Assembly: GCA_004764695.1 (NCBI GenBank) | Contig: SMSO01000005.1 | Location: forward strand, 496,001-560,000 | DNA length: 64,000 nucleotides | Direction of reading: 5' to 3' | Source of the DNA: Schizochytrium sp. TIO01 | Taxonomy: Eukaryota > Protista > Bigyra: Labyrinthulomycetes | Shown: positions 1 through 10,637 of the stretch, in pieces | Layout of the letters: each line of letters starts with the position of its first letter | Position numbering within the stretch: the stretch's first letter is position 1 | The notes under the pieces: generated by a model | Database searches by the model: none | The model's input: only the letters and a program-made list of their open reading frames with translations | What the model was told of the DNA's origin: nothing | Made by a program: the position numbers and the translations under genes

Positions 1-1
1 T

Positions 2-2200
2 AATGCTGGTGAGATCATGACGAATAGACTCCTGAATAGTGAATCCCTTAACAGCTTTTTGCAAACGATCTCGCATCTTATAATTGGATATAATTCGCTC
101 AATAGGGTTTCGTACAAGATAGATGAACTTGATGCGCGGGTTTACACCACATGCTGCGGCAATCTGTGCAGGGAGTTGGCATGCAGGGCCGTATGCTACG
201 GTGCTCTCACCGGTTCGTGCAGCACCGCGGATAATGTCGTCCATCCAATTTGAATCATCCCCCTCCTGAGAGCCAAAGCTCACCTGTAACTCTTCTGCAA
301 AACGGTGATTATACTTCTTGCGAAACGTTTTAGAAGACATGGTGCGTTTCAAATCAAGAAGGTGTGCGTAAAGTAGTTCGCCACTTTGCGATTTTTTATC
401 GAGAAGGACTCCGTAGAATCGAGGATGGGCACTGATGTATTCGTAAAGCGAAGTTGTACCACCTTTCCTTGCGCCTAAAATGAAAACAGAGGGAAGACAG
501 GTTTCTAGACTTTGAAGCGCAGTTCGAACTTTGAATGGTAACTTCAATTTGGTTGCCAGAGAAGCGCCTTTCATATTATTTTGGGCCTTGGTTTCGACCT
601 CTGTTTCATTCTTTTGAAAGGGGGCCCTGACATCAGTACGCCAGCAACCTTGCTTTGGGGAACAAAGTTGCATCTCTTTTGCTTCGCCTTCAGATTTGAA
701 ATGAGCCAAAGGATCATTTGTGAGCGGCCACGCTTTTTCAGTAGAGTTTTTATTCCAGCAAATCTTCTCTTCATCACAAACAAAGGAGAACGGCTTATAA
801 AAGGGGTCGCGCTGGTTCAATCTCATTTTAGCGACACGCGATCTGAAAAGTTCCTCGGCATACTTGTATAATTCAATATCTAAGTTGTTGTGCTTCTCAA
901 GTACTGCTTTTGCGTGCGGACTAAGGTTCTTATCATATTCATTCAAATTGAATGTCGGAACGTAATGTACAAGATCTGTTCCAAGAACATAGCTGAAAAG
1001 CTGTAACGACTCTGTCCATTGCTCAAGAATACCAAACCATGCCATATCCTCAAGGCGCTTTTTCGCCAGAGCCAACTGTTCTCGCGAACTGTTTTTAGTC
1101 GTGGGTGCCAGGTATTTAGTCATGATGTTGAAAGCTAAGTCACAGTTCTGGCGCTCGTCATCAGGCAAACGCGCCCAGTCTTCAATCGTAAAGTCAACCT
1201 GTTGCATCGCCTGCGATGCTGCCGAACCTGGTCGGCAGAAGAAATGCGAATCCCCTTGAGCCCCCGTTCCCCCAAGGATAGCAGAACGCTTCTGAACAGG
1301 ACGCCGACCAGACACGGTGTTGCCTTTTCGGCCAGTCATAGTGTAAAATGCCGATAATACTCGACTAATTGGTTCACGAAGAGTATAGATCCAACGTACA
1401 CAGAGTTCTGGGGTGGTTTTTTCACAGGAGCGTGCCAGGCCTTGGGGAACCGGCAGACAGTGTTTTGCTCTGGCGAGGGCCGGGTAGGTGCGGTGGTAGC
1501 TGTACATGGAAAACTTATGTGTCTTGGACCTCGGCTCCGCCGACACGTGTCTGTACCTCGGGTCTTTCCCAATATCGTCGAGGTCAAAGAACGTCGCATC
1601 TACTGTACGCCCTCCCCCTTTATTTAGATGCGGGTAGTACAATTCTACCTTTGAACCTGCCGGGCATCTCCTTCGAATGTCCTCAGGGTCCTGAGTTATT
1701 TCCAAATTCTCGCTTGCGTCATTAGATTCTACATCCTCAAAAGTCTTCGCAGCATCGCCATTCTCGTTTTGAAATTCAAACGAGTTCACCGCATTCGTCT
1801 CCTCTTTGTCCTCTATACTCTTTAAGGTATTTTCAGTATCAGATCCTGGTCTGCCAAGGCCACCATTTGGCACAGACTCCATGGAATCCAAGATGCTCAT
1901 AATTGGAGTCTCCCTCTGTACGCCGTGGTTTACGATGAGCATAAGGATTACACCAGCAATTACCATGGCCGCCCAGAAGAAGATCTTTCGCTTGGCAACG
2001 CCTGAGCCTGGATGATTTCTGCCTGACATTCGTCGATTGCGAGAGAGCACCCCGGACATGAGACTACTGGCATTCATAAGAGGTGCACTCTCACTTGGTT
2101 CTTGTGGCGTCGTCGATGCTGAAATGCTGTCCATGACAACCACATCACCGGCATCGTCTCCATTGTTGGCGTCGAGGTCGCCGTGACGTCGTCGTTGCAT
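2..2200 (-). CDS. Type II membrane protein with two sulfotransferase domains (HS6ST/Sulfotransfer_2-like followed by HS3ST/Sulfotransfer_1-like); 3' end runs off the window
   Basis: Manual translation from ATG at 2200 is open to the window edge, so it is absent from the ORF track. TM anchor KIFFWAAMVIAGVILMLIV. Domain 1 motifs: YYPHLNKGGGRTV, WIYTLREPISRVLSAFY, LAKKRLEDMAWFGILEQW, HNNLDIELYKYAEELF. Domain 2 motifs: CLPSVFILGARKGGTTSLYEYISAHP (5'-PSB), GESTVAY, FIYLVRNPIERIISNY (3'-PB). Confidence 0.88.
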   Translation of the reverse strand, partial: MQRRRHGDLDANNGDDAGDVVVMDSISASTTPQEPSESAPLMNASSLMSGVLSRNRRMSGRNHPGSGVAKRKIFFWAAMVIAGVILMLIVNHGVQRETPIMSILDSMESVPNGGLGRPGSDTENTLKSIEDKEETNAVNSFEFQNENGDAAKTFEDVESNDASENLEITQDPEDIRRRCPAGSKVELYYPHLNKGGGRTVDATFFDLDDIGKDPRYRHVSAEPRSKTHKFSMYSYHRTYPALARAKHCLPVPQGLARSCEKTTPELCVRWIYTLREPISRVLSAFYTMTGRKGNTVSGRRPVQKRSAILGGTGAQGDSHFFCRPGSAASQAMQQVDFTIEDWARLPDDERQNCDLAFNIMTKYLAPTTKNSSREQLALAKKRLEDMAWFGILEQWTESLQLFSYVLGTDLVHYVPTFNLNEYDKNLSPHAKAVLEKHNNLDIELYKYAEELFRSRVAKMRLNQRDPFYKPFSFVCDEEKICWNKNSTEKAWPLTNDPLAHFKSEGEAKEMQLCSPKQGCWRTDVRAPFQKNETEVETKAQNNMKGASLATKLKLPFKVRTALQSLETCLPSVFILGARKGGTTSLYEYISAHPRFYGVLLDKKSQSGELLYAHLLDLKRTMSSKTFRKKYNHRFAEELQVSFGSQEGDDSNWMDDIIRGAARTGESTVAYGPACQLPAQIAAACGVNPRIKFIYLVRNPIERIISNYKMRDRLQKAVKGFTIQESIRHDLTSI

Positions 2201-2926
2201 CGCAAAGGCCACTCCTAAGGGAAACGCAGTGATTTATGGTGTAGGAATAGAGGTTGCACGCCACGCAGACGGGCGCGAGGTCGGTTTGGGGCTTAATGGT
2301 ATGTTGTCTTGTTCAGTTCTTCTGCTCAAGTACTACCGTTTATTCAAGGTTCGTGATACGATGATTCCAATTTACCATTTATTATTATTATTATCTTACT
2401 TTATTTTTATAAAGTTTATCATGTCTATCATTCTCAACAACTTTAGCATCGTGAAAGCAACAAGGACAATGGATTCAACGCAAATATAAGAGAAGTTATA
2501 ATGGCTCAAGGCCTAAAGCCAACTTAATCCTCTCTGCGTCTTTTCGTGCTAGATGGGAGAAAGTGAATGCCCTGGGCCAATCTATTAATATATTGCCTGT
2601 TTCTAGTACTTATTAATTTCAATAGTAGTAACTTGCAAAACACAAAATGGTCTAGAAATGAGTTGCCCAAATCAATGTTTGCTATGCTTTCAGAGCAAAT
2701 TGAGTAGGTGCTCCACTACCAACGACTTGGAGTTTACGTTTACTAATTCAGTAGCTTCGAGGTCCTCACGAACTGCGATAGCCTCAGTGTTGAATAAACG
2801 TCTCTGGTCGATACTTGAGTTGGGCTCGGACTTGGGCTGTAACATGTTTTGAAGGAGTGAGGATCAAACTAAAGTTTGTTTCCCAGTTGCAAGAGTCAAG
2901 AAACCTACAAATATAAACTGTACGCA

Positions 2927-3964
2927 ATGACAGAGCTGATAAGTTCGGAAAATATCCCGTTTCGAGACATGGTCGTCGAAGACGTGACGGCGAGAATTCA
3001 GGATCTTCCTGGTTGGACCCCCGAGCTGGCCATCAAATTAGAAAAGCGGTGGAAGGAACTGCTTGCAGCAACCCCTAGATTTGTTGGTGGGTCAGCTGCG
3101 ATACCTATCCATGAAGGACATTGTGTTTCGCCAAACAGCTCACTAGCTATAACTTCACAAAGTAAACCCGCGCGTACTTGGCCTGGGCCATTTTCCGATC
3201 ATTTCGGGGTTTCTGGAAATCACTTCTTTGGACTTGATGCTGACATGGTAGCGGCTTATGCAAATGGCTCAGTGGATGACCTTGTGCGGAACGGACCAGC
3301 GTCATATCGAGGACCTAATTGCAAGTCCACCTCCCTACAAATCCAGCAAAAAGAGAGTGGCGGACTTCAGCAAGAAACCCTTGTTACATTAGCATCACAC
3401 AATATTGAGGAAACACCTCCAAACCCACCTATTGAAGTGTCCCTGAATAGGGAGGATACCTCAACCGAAAGGGATTTGACTGTCAAATCAGACTCCCGAG
3501 AAGATCTGAGTGTTCTTCATGAATATTTGTCTTTAATATCCTCTTCGAAAAAACGGAAAAAAATAAAAACTCAAGATGGTGTAGTTGAAATATCAGACAG
3601 CACACGCCCTGTCGAAAATGGTGGCAACTCGGATTCTGATTCTGACTATGGAGAAGATGAGCAGCGGCGGCGCAAATCAATACGTCGTGTATATAAGCTA
3701 GAGAACTCAGAGGCGTATCAACGGGAAACAGAGGCACTAGAGCGAGACCCGGAGATTTTTGCTATGCTTCAACCTCTCAATGTTGAGGAGAAGATTTATA
3801 GCACTGATGCGCAAATCATAAGCGGATGGGTTAAATCAATCAAGTCATCCTCGAACCACAAAGATGATGCAACTTGGAGAGTTAAACTACAAGGTGTCTT
3901 TGCTCGTGTGAATAAATGCGAAGTCTTTTTGCCAAGTTGCAACTGCGAATTATCATTCAACTAA
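2927..3964 (+). CDS. Divergent transcription factor IIA large subunit (TOA1/GTF2A1-like)
   Basis: The N-terminal FRDMVVEDVTARIQDL...LAIKLEKRWKELL resembles the TFIIA-alpha helices. A low-complexity/acidic middle follows. The C-terminal IISGWVKSIKS...TWRVKLQGVFARVNKCEVFLPSCNCELSF resembles the TFIIA-beta barrel strands. First ATG at 2927. Confidence 0.55.
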   Translation: MTELISSENIPFRDMVVEDVTARIQDLPGWTPELAIKLEKRWKELLAATPRFVGGSAAIPIHEGHCVSPNSSLAITSQSKPARTWPGPFSDHFGVSGNHFFGLDADMVAAYANGSVDDLVRNGPASYRGPNCKSTSLQIQQKESGGLQQETLVTLASHNIEETPPNPPIEVSLNREDTSTERDLTVKSDSREDLSVLHEYLSLISSSKKRKKIKTQDGVVEISDSTRPVENGGNSDSDSDYGEDEQRRRKSIRRVYKLENSEAYQRETEALERDPEIFAMLQPLNVEEKIYSTDAQIISGWVKSIKSSSNHKDDATWRVKLQGVFARVNKCEVFLPSCNCELSFN

Positions 3965-4107
3965 GCAATAAGGTAAAGTGGTGACGACTTAGCTGCCAAG
4001 ACGATGAAACTAGAGACATTATTGTTAGAGGCATACTATAATGAGTCGACCAATATTTATAGATTTATTTATTGTTCAACAACAACAACAGATTAACACG
4101 CTGGGCA

Positions 4108-7100
4108 TCATCGCATTCGCAATGAACAGAAAGCTTCGTATGTAGAAGTTCCTTTCTTTTCTGCATACGTTTCCAGCTTATTAAAGAATTCACGCATCTC
4201 GCTTACAGCAGTACGAGCTTGGTCAAGATCCGCATCATCAGCAATCTTCACGCGAACCAATGAACGCAACGAATTTGCGCTTGCTACCATTTGCCGTCTT
4301 GTCTCAAAATCCATTACAGAGTCTAACGGCGAATCTCCTGTTACTGGAGTGTTTGCGCGTTGTTCTGCAGCGGCTGTATCTTCACTATACGGAAGTAGCA
4401 TACGAGATAAAGTTCCTCGCAAAACATTTAGCTCTGAAGCCTTTCGATCTAATTGGTCTAAAAACCTCAAGCTACGCAGCGCGGTTTCTCGAATATTGCA
4501 AAAGTCCTTCTCAGAATCGATAGGCTTACGCAAAACAAAGATCAATTCCGACCAGCGTTTTTCTAGCTTTTTTCGTTCTTTTTTCTCTGCTCGGCGTGCC
4601 TCACGAGCAGATAAAGATTCTTCGTATTCGATGCTACCTTCAGCTATCTCATCGCCATCGTTCTGTGGTTGAACATCAGAATTTTGGGGACCAGAAGATG
4701 ACGATGGATATTCTGCGAGGGACATTCCATTTGCAATCTTTGAGTTAAGCCGGCTTAACGCATTCTTTGGGTTTGACGAGCGATCCGAAGGACCGTCACT
4801 GCCAGAAGGCATTGAAGGAGGTGCTGGCGCAACTACTGCAGACCTGCCTTCAAAATCACTTTCTCGATACGAACCGGGGCTCCGCAGTGAGGCGGTGGCA
4901 GATGCAGTACTCATACTTTGGGATAGTTTGATAGGAGGAAGTGACAGGAGTCCCGTCGTACTGGGCAATGGGCTGCTTGGCGGGCGTTCAGTCTTTTTCT
5001 CCTCGTAGAAATCTGCACTATTATTCAGATCCTGCGAAGATTGGAACAAAGTTCGATGCCGCCTTCCATTGCGAACATGGTGTTTCTCAGAAGGCATATC
5101 CAACGAATAAGCAGGAACTTGGGACATTGATTGCTGATGGAGTGAATCTTCAAGATTGTTGTTGCTTCGTGTCATCACTGACGATGACGGCATACTCGGT
5201 GAATGGGGAGGGGCACTTCTACCCCCTTGGGTATCTCCATTACTGCTACTTGCACCTCCTCCACTATAGGAACTGTTGTTGATGCTACCCACGGGCAAAA
5301 CACCATTTGTGCCACTGCCATTGTTATTCAGTGCATTGCTTCCCTCTTGTGTTGAGAAATTCGCAGCATATTGTCGGCTTAGCCAGGTATTTGTTTTCTT
5401 TAGGCGGGCTCGAGCCTGCTGTTGGCTTCGCGAGACATTAGATGCACGAAGACGTTGCTTAGCTGGGATTCCGACGGCCGTGCTTGACCCTCCCGAGGAG
5501 CTAAGTCCTTGATGGCTTGCAGATCCGCCAGGTCCTGCTGGGGGCATACCCATGGATAATGATTTCATGATGTTGTCTTCATAGCACTGTCCTGCGGCAG
5601 GAATTGCAGCGTTGCTTTGCGTGTTTATATTTCCAGAACTTGAGTTGCCTGCATTAACGCTGAGATTCGAGTTAGAAAAACCATTGTTTGCTCCACTACT
5701 GCTATTTACTGGGTTGCTAGGAAGACATGCACCAGGTGTGCTTGCGGTGTTTGAAGAGGCGGTATTGGAATTTGACGAGCTACCTCGCGCCTTGTTTTTC
5801 GAGCGCGATGATTTGTCACCCTTTTTAGGAAGGGCACTGTGCCTCAAATATGGATGTGACTTTTTAACCTGATACGGGCCAGTCTGATGGCTCAATAAGA
5901 CCCTGCGGCTCATTTGCTTTCGCCGATCGCGATCAAAATTACCATTTCCAAGGCCTACGCTTACTTTGGTTCGCCCTGGGCGTCTTATTCCGTTAGGAGC
6001 ATTCGAAACCGGATTTGAATCAGAGCTGTCATTATTGCCTTTTGTTTTTGAGCGCGAGGACAAGTTTCCATCGCTGTATCGGCTGCTCTGATGACTCCTT
6101 GCACTACTCAAAGTTGAATCAGTACCTCCTAAGCGTGGGATGGAGCCCGCAGCACTGACTACGGTCTGACGAGCCCGAGGTGCTCCTGCAGATCCAGGTG
6201 TGTATGGATTACTTAGCTCGATGCGACGAAGCTCTTCTTCAAGTCGATGTAAAGGAAACATCTGCCGTCCTGTGACTGGGGAGGGTAAACCATAAATTGA
6301 ACTGCGCGCGTATAGTTCTTGTTGCTGGTAATTTGGGTGTTGCTGTTGTTGTTGGTTCTGCTGATGGTTTTGTTCAAACATACCGAGCTCTTTGCCCGCA
6401 ATTCCATAAAAGGTGGGCTGTTGAATTCGCTGAGGCATGTTGTTTACTCCACTGACAGGTCTTAGAATGTTTCGTGGTGTCGGTGTCCCAGGGGCAGTGG
6501 GAGCTCCTGTGGGTAGGGACTGTAGCATATGCAAAGACTCAAGGTCTGAGAAGTGCATTTCCAATGCACCATCGACAGTAGATTCGCCAACGCCGTTGTC
6601 CTCCAGGAGCTTCCGTTGCTCCTCAATAATATCATCTCGAACTTGAAGCTGGTCTAAAAGACGCTGGATTAACATGTCTTTGTACTGCACAGAGCACCGA
6701 TGTAGCATCCTACTTCGTTCCAGCTCCATATTTTCCAGCTCCAGCATTCCAATTCGGTACTCAAGCTCCATCAGCTCACGGCGTTCCTCAGTTGTGATGC
6801 GAGTTTCCATTTGCGTTCGTAAGGCAGCAGATGCTTTTTCATTTTCTGCTAGGCGTCTTTCGATGTCGATCTTCAGTTGACTATTCTTCTGGTTTGCGCG
6901 CTGCAGCTGCTGCATTTCAATGCGTGCGCTCCGCACATTAGGGGGCTCTGTCACAATGGAGAGGTCGTTTAAGGCCTTTTTCTTCGAACGCTTTCGCCGA
7001 CGTTGTTTGCGAGACCCGCCCTTGCTCTCCTCAGGGGTATTATCTTCGTCGTCTGCGTCTGCGTCCTCGGTTCCCTCTAAGATGGGCTCTGGGTCCGATA

Positions 7101-7396
7101 AGAGAGAAGTGGCTTCGTTCTTTTCCTCGCGATAATCAGATCCCTCACGTCGCTCACGGACAGCAACTTTTCTTTGTACACTATCTTCCCATCGTTGCAC
7201 AATAACTCGGTGCAACTCCATCTCAGATTTGTTTGCAATATTTTGCGCCTCGATCTCGATCAACGACCGACAGAGCTGCATTCTTTCTTTGAAATTTAGC
7301 ACGAGTTGCTCACGTAAAAATGTCATCTGCTGTTTTTCAACGGCTTTACGTGTGCCTATATCTTTAGTGGCTGAAGTGTTCGCTTGTTGTTGCTGC

Positions 7397-7431
<35 letters not shown>

Positions 7432-9627
7432 TTGTAGGAGAAGTTGTTGTTGCATTTGATGAGCAGTGAGCGAAGGTTTCTTTAACTGATTTCGTAGTGA
7501 GGCAATCTCGTTCTTCAGACGACTGATCAAGTTGACATACTCAGTGACGTGGTAATCTACATTCAATACATTTCTCTCAGCTTGAGTCTTGATATTTTTG
7601 GCTCGATTCGCATACTTGAGAGTGTTTAAGGTCTCTTCAATCTGATTCTTTGCAGGAGAGACGGCTGCGATCATGACTGTTCGGCAGTTTCCACCGAGAG
7701 AATCTTTCAACAGACGTGTCAGCTTAGAATCACGATAGGGGACAAAAGCACCTTTTCCGCCTTCGCGTAATGCATTAATGCAATTTCCAAGAGCAAGCAA
7801 GGAACGGTTGATATTAGCACCCTCCAGTAATCTAGCACCACGATTCTGGGTTACAGAAGCACGCTCAGATCCTGCAAGGTCAATCAGAGAAAGTTTTCCA
7901 AGTGTTACATTTGACACACTCACTGCATTTGCATTGACACCATTATCCCTTCGCTCCACCATAATCTGCAGAACAGCATGCGAACGGCTTGATGCTTGAT
8001 TTGCAGCGGTGCCTTCTGTAGTACGCCGTGCATTGCCTTTTCGCAGTAGAGCCATAATATCTTCTGCAGAATTAGTTTCTACCTCAGATAGTCCTGTGAC
8101 AGTAGGGCCTTTGACAGGGTCTTCTCGTAGATCCAAATATTCTGAAGATGGAGTTAGAAGGTCGCGGATCATTTCATTATATACCTCAAGGAAAGAGCAT
8201 GTTACTCGATAGGTTCTTCCAACGGTGTTCTCAGCTGCATTTACAGAGCCGCGAGTTTCATTTGTTCCATTCTCGTCTTCCTCATCAAGTCGACTGGAGT
8301 TTAATTCGTGATCATGGTCCTCTGATTCAGGTGCAGTAACCGGTGAAGATGGCTGTGTATCAGAGTTGAGGTTTTTGAGTTGCCCAGCTGCACGTTTGAT
8401 GTTCATCTCAATCTTGTTAAAGAGATCTTGTAAGGTGAGCACCATGATCCCTGGAACATTTGTTCCAGATCCATGTTCCAAATGATCACCTGCAGAGGCT
8501 CCCCCCGATCCTGATGCTGCTCCTCCAAGCATCGTATGGGTCTTTCCCGCACCCGTGGCACCATATGCAAAGACAGTAGCATTGTAGCCAATAACCACAC
8601 CATCAATTAAAAAACGCGTTGTGTGGTTGTAAACGGTCTCTGTAGGAGTTTCGGGGCTAAATGCGTAGTCAAAGGCATATCGCTTCTCCCTCGACCGATG
8701 TTTACGAAGTACATCTTGCCGCTGTCTCTTTTTCCCTGAGTCGCTTCTATCCATGACTACAATCATCCGATCATCAACTACTTTAACAACCTCGCGTGTA
8801 GCGCCACGCTCTTTCTGATTCATAGGGCGCACTCGAACTGCCACAAGAACATTTGATTTCCCGGCCCACATCTCTTCAACTTGTTTTTCAGCAGCATCTA
8901 GATCAAAGTCTGCGACATTGTCTGGACACGGTGTCATCATCGCAGACTGTGGCCGACCTGCAAGACGAGAGTTGTCCTCGAGTTCATCCTCGTCGTCATC
9001 ATCCTCGTCATCGTCATCCTCGTCCTCGTCGTCATCATCCTCATCTTCATCTTCGTCATTGATGAGGTTGTTTGCGGCCGCATCATCGTCGTCATCGTCG
9101 TCATCGTCATCATCTTCATCATCATCTTCGTCATTCTCTTCTTCATCTTCATTCTCGTCATCTTCTTCTCCCTCTGTTGCAGTAAAAACGCCAGGGTCTT
9201 GTGTCGCAGCATACTCCTCACTGATGATTTTCTGCTCGCTCTCTAGAGACCAAGATGTTCCAGTGATGTGGCTTTCGTTTTCATTATTGTCTTTGTCATT
9301 GCTTTCGTTGGATGACCGGGCATCCATGTTTTCGCTGTGTTTGTTTGAGATGTTTGCTGGAGAAGAATCCACATCCGATTGGTCAGACTTTGTCTCCGGT
9401 TGCTTGGTCTCTGAGTCATAAGCCCAAGCCCTGCCTGAAACAGGTCTTAGATTTCTTGAGTTTGGGTGAACTAGTTTTCGCTCTGAGACGTAATCCACGA
9501 AGGATTCAGACTCCTCGTTGCGTTGGTCGCTCTTGCCCTCGGAGTCTTCGTCGTTGCCATGTTTTTCTTCATTTTCAGCAGGTCCATTGGTGCCCTGGAA
9601 GAGCCTTTCGCCAATCCGTGCAAGCAT
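4108..9627 (-). CDS. Kinesin-8 family motor (KIF18/KIF19-like) with acidic N-terminal extension and long coiled-coil/low-complexity tail
   Basis: VLVAVRVRP, P-loop GATGAGKTHTM, SSRSHAV, LIDLAGSER, GANINRSLLALGNCINAL, VPYRDSKLTRLLKDSLGGNCRTVMIA, and a kinesin-8-type neck NVLNVDYHVTEYVNLISRLKNEI. First ATG at 9627. Confidence 0.93.
7384..7434 (-). repeat. CAG/CAA polyglutamine tract (17 Q) in the kinesin stalk
   Basis: (TTG/CTG)n run on the + strand. Confidence 0.95.
8985..9170 (-). repeat. GAT/GAC/GAA poly-Asp/Glu tract in the kinesin N-terminal extension
   Basis: TCA/TCG/TCT trinucleotide runs on the + strand encode EDDENEDEEEND...DDEDE. Confidence 0.9.
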
Positions 9628-10637
9628 TTCCGGTCCCCGCACTTGCTACAAAAAGCGTCGCTGCGGCAAACCCGCGAAGGGAGAGCCCTGGCGACAGCGC
9701 GTTAATGTAGGCTAACTTGCCAGTACCCGTCGTATTACAAAGCCTCCTTTCTGCGCGATGGATTTCTGCAAGAAGGTCTAACTCCGCTAAGATTGTCTGA
9801 AATTGAGAAAGAGCCCTGCGACCCGTTATACTTGTGCGTTCCTGTTCACACCTAAGGCGGCGTAGCCTTAGGTAGTCAGATCTCGCGGGTCTTGTGTGGC
9901 TCGCCAGGCCACGCAAACCCTTGGCCTCAACCCTTGGAGGCCGGTGCCCCTTTCGCGAGTGCCGTCTTCAGTTCTGCGTTGACAAACGCAGTCGTCTTCT
10001 TAATGTTGCGATGATTTGGAGCTCATCGTCTAAAGGGTGCTCAATGAAGAAGAAGGCATCGAAGAAGAAGATGATAACAAAGCAGAACTAAAAGGGGGTA
10101 TGGTACAAGTATAATCTATTATACTTAGAAATTAACCATGCTATATATATAGACTTAATCGCCAGTAGTATCGTAAAGTTGTATTATACCTCTGTGTGCA
10201 CCAGTCTCAACGAACACATTTCTTGCTGTCCCCTTGGCCCGGAGACTCGTTGCTATGCACTTAGTACTATTAGTGAATCGGATAACCCCGATTCTGCAGT
10301 AACACTCTGAAACAACAAAATGTACTGATTACGAAATATTAAGATTTGAGGAAGGAGGCCAATACTTTCTTGAAGAGAAGTGTCTCGAATTCATAGGTGT
10401 GGCCAACTATAATTCATATGAGGCTTTCGTGGCCTGGGAAGATTTTATTGTATGCTAGGTGTGTGCTCGTGTGCTCGTTTATCATATATACATATAATGA
10501 GTAGGTACTCGATAGGTTGCCTTGTTTGCTGTGCGAAAGGCATGGGTATTATATAGATAGGATGGGGCTCAGGAATATTTGTGTTCATTCGCAGAGGCCG
10601 GAGGTGTAATCGCATATCTGTGTTTGTTGATGACCTG

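Noticed and set aside
8918-9421. Poly-Ser ORF on the + strand (and the poly-Cys ORF at 7229-7459)
   Set aside because: These are antisense readings of the kinesin poly-D/E and poly-Q tracts.
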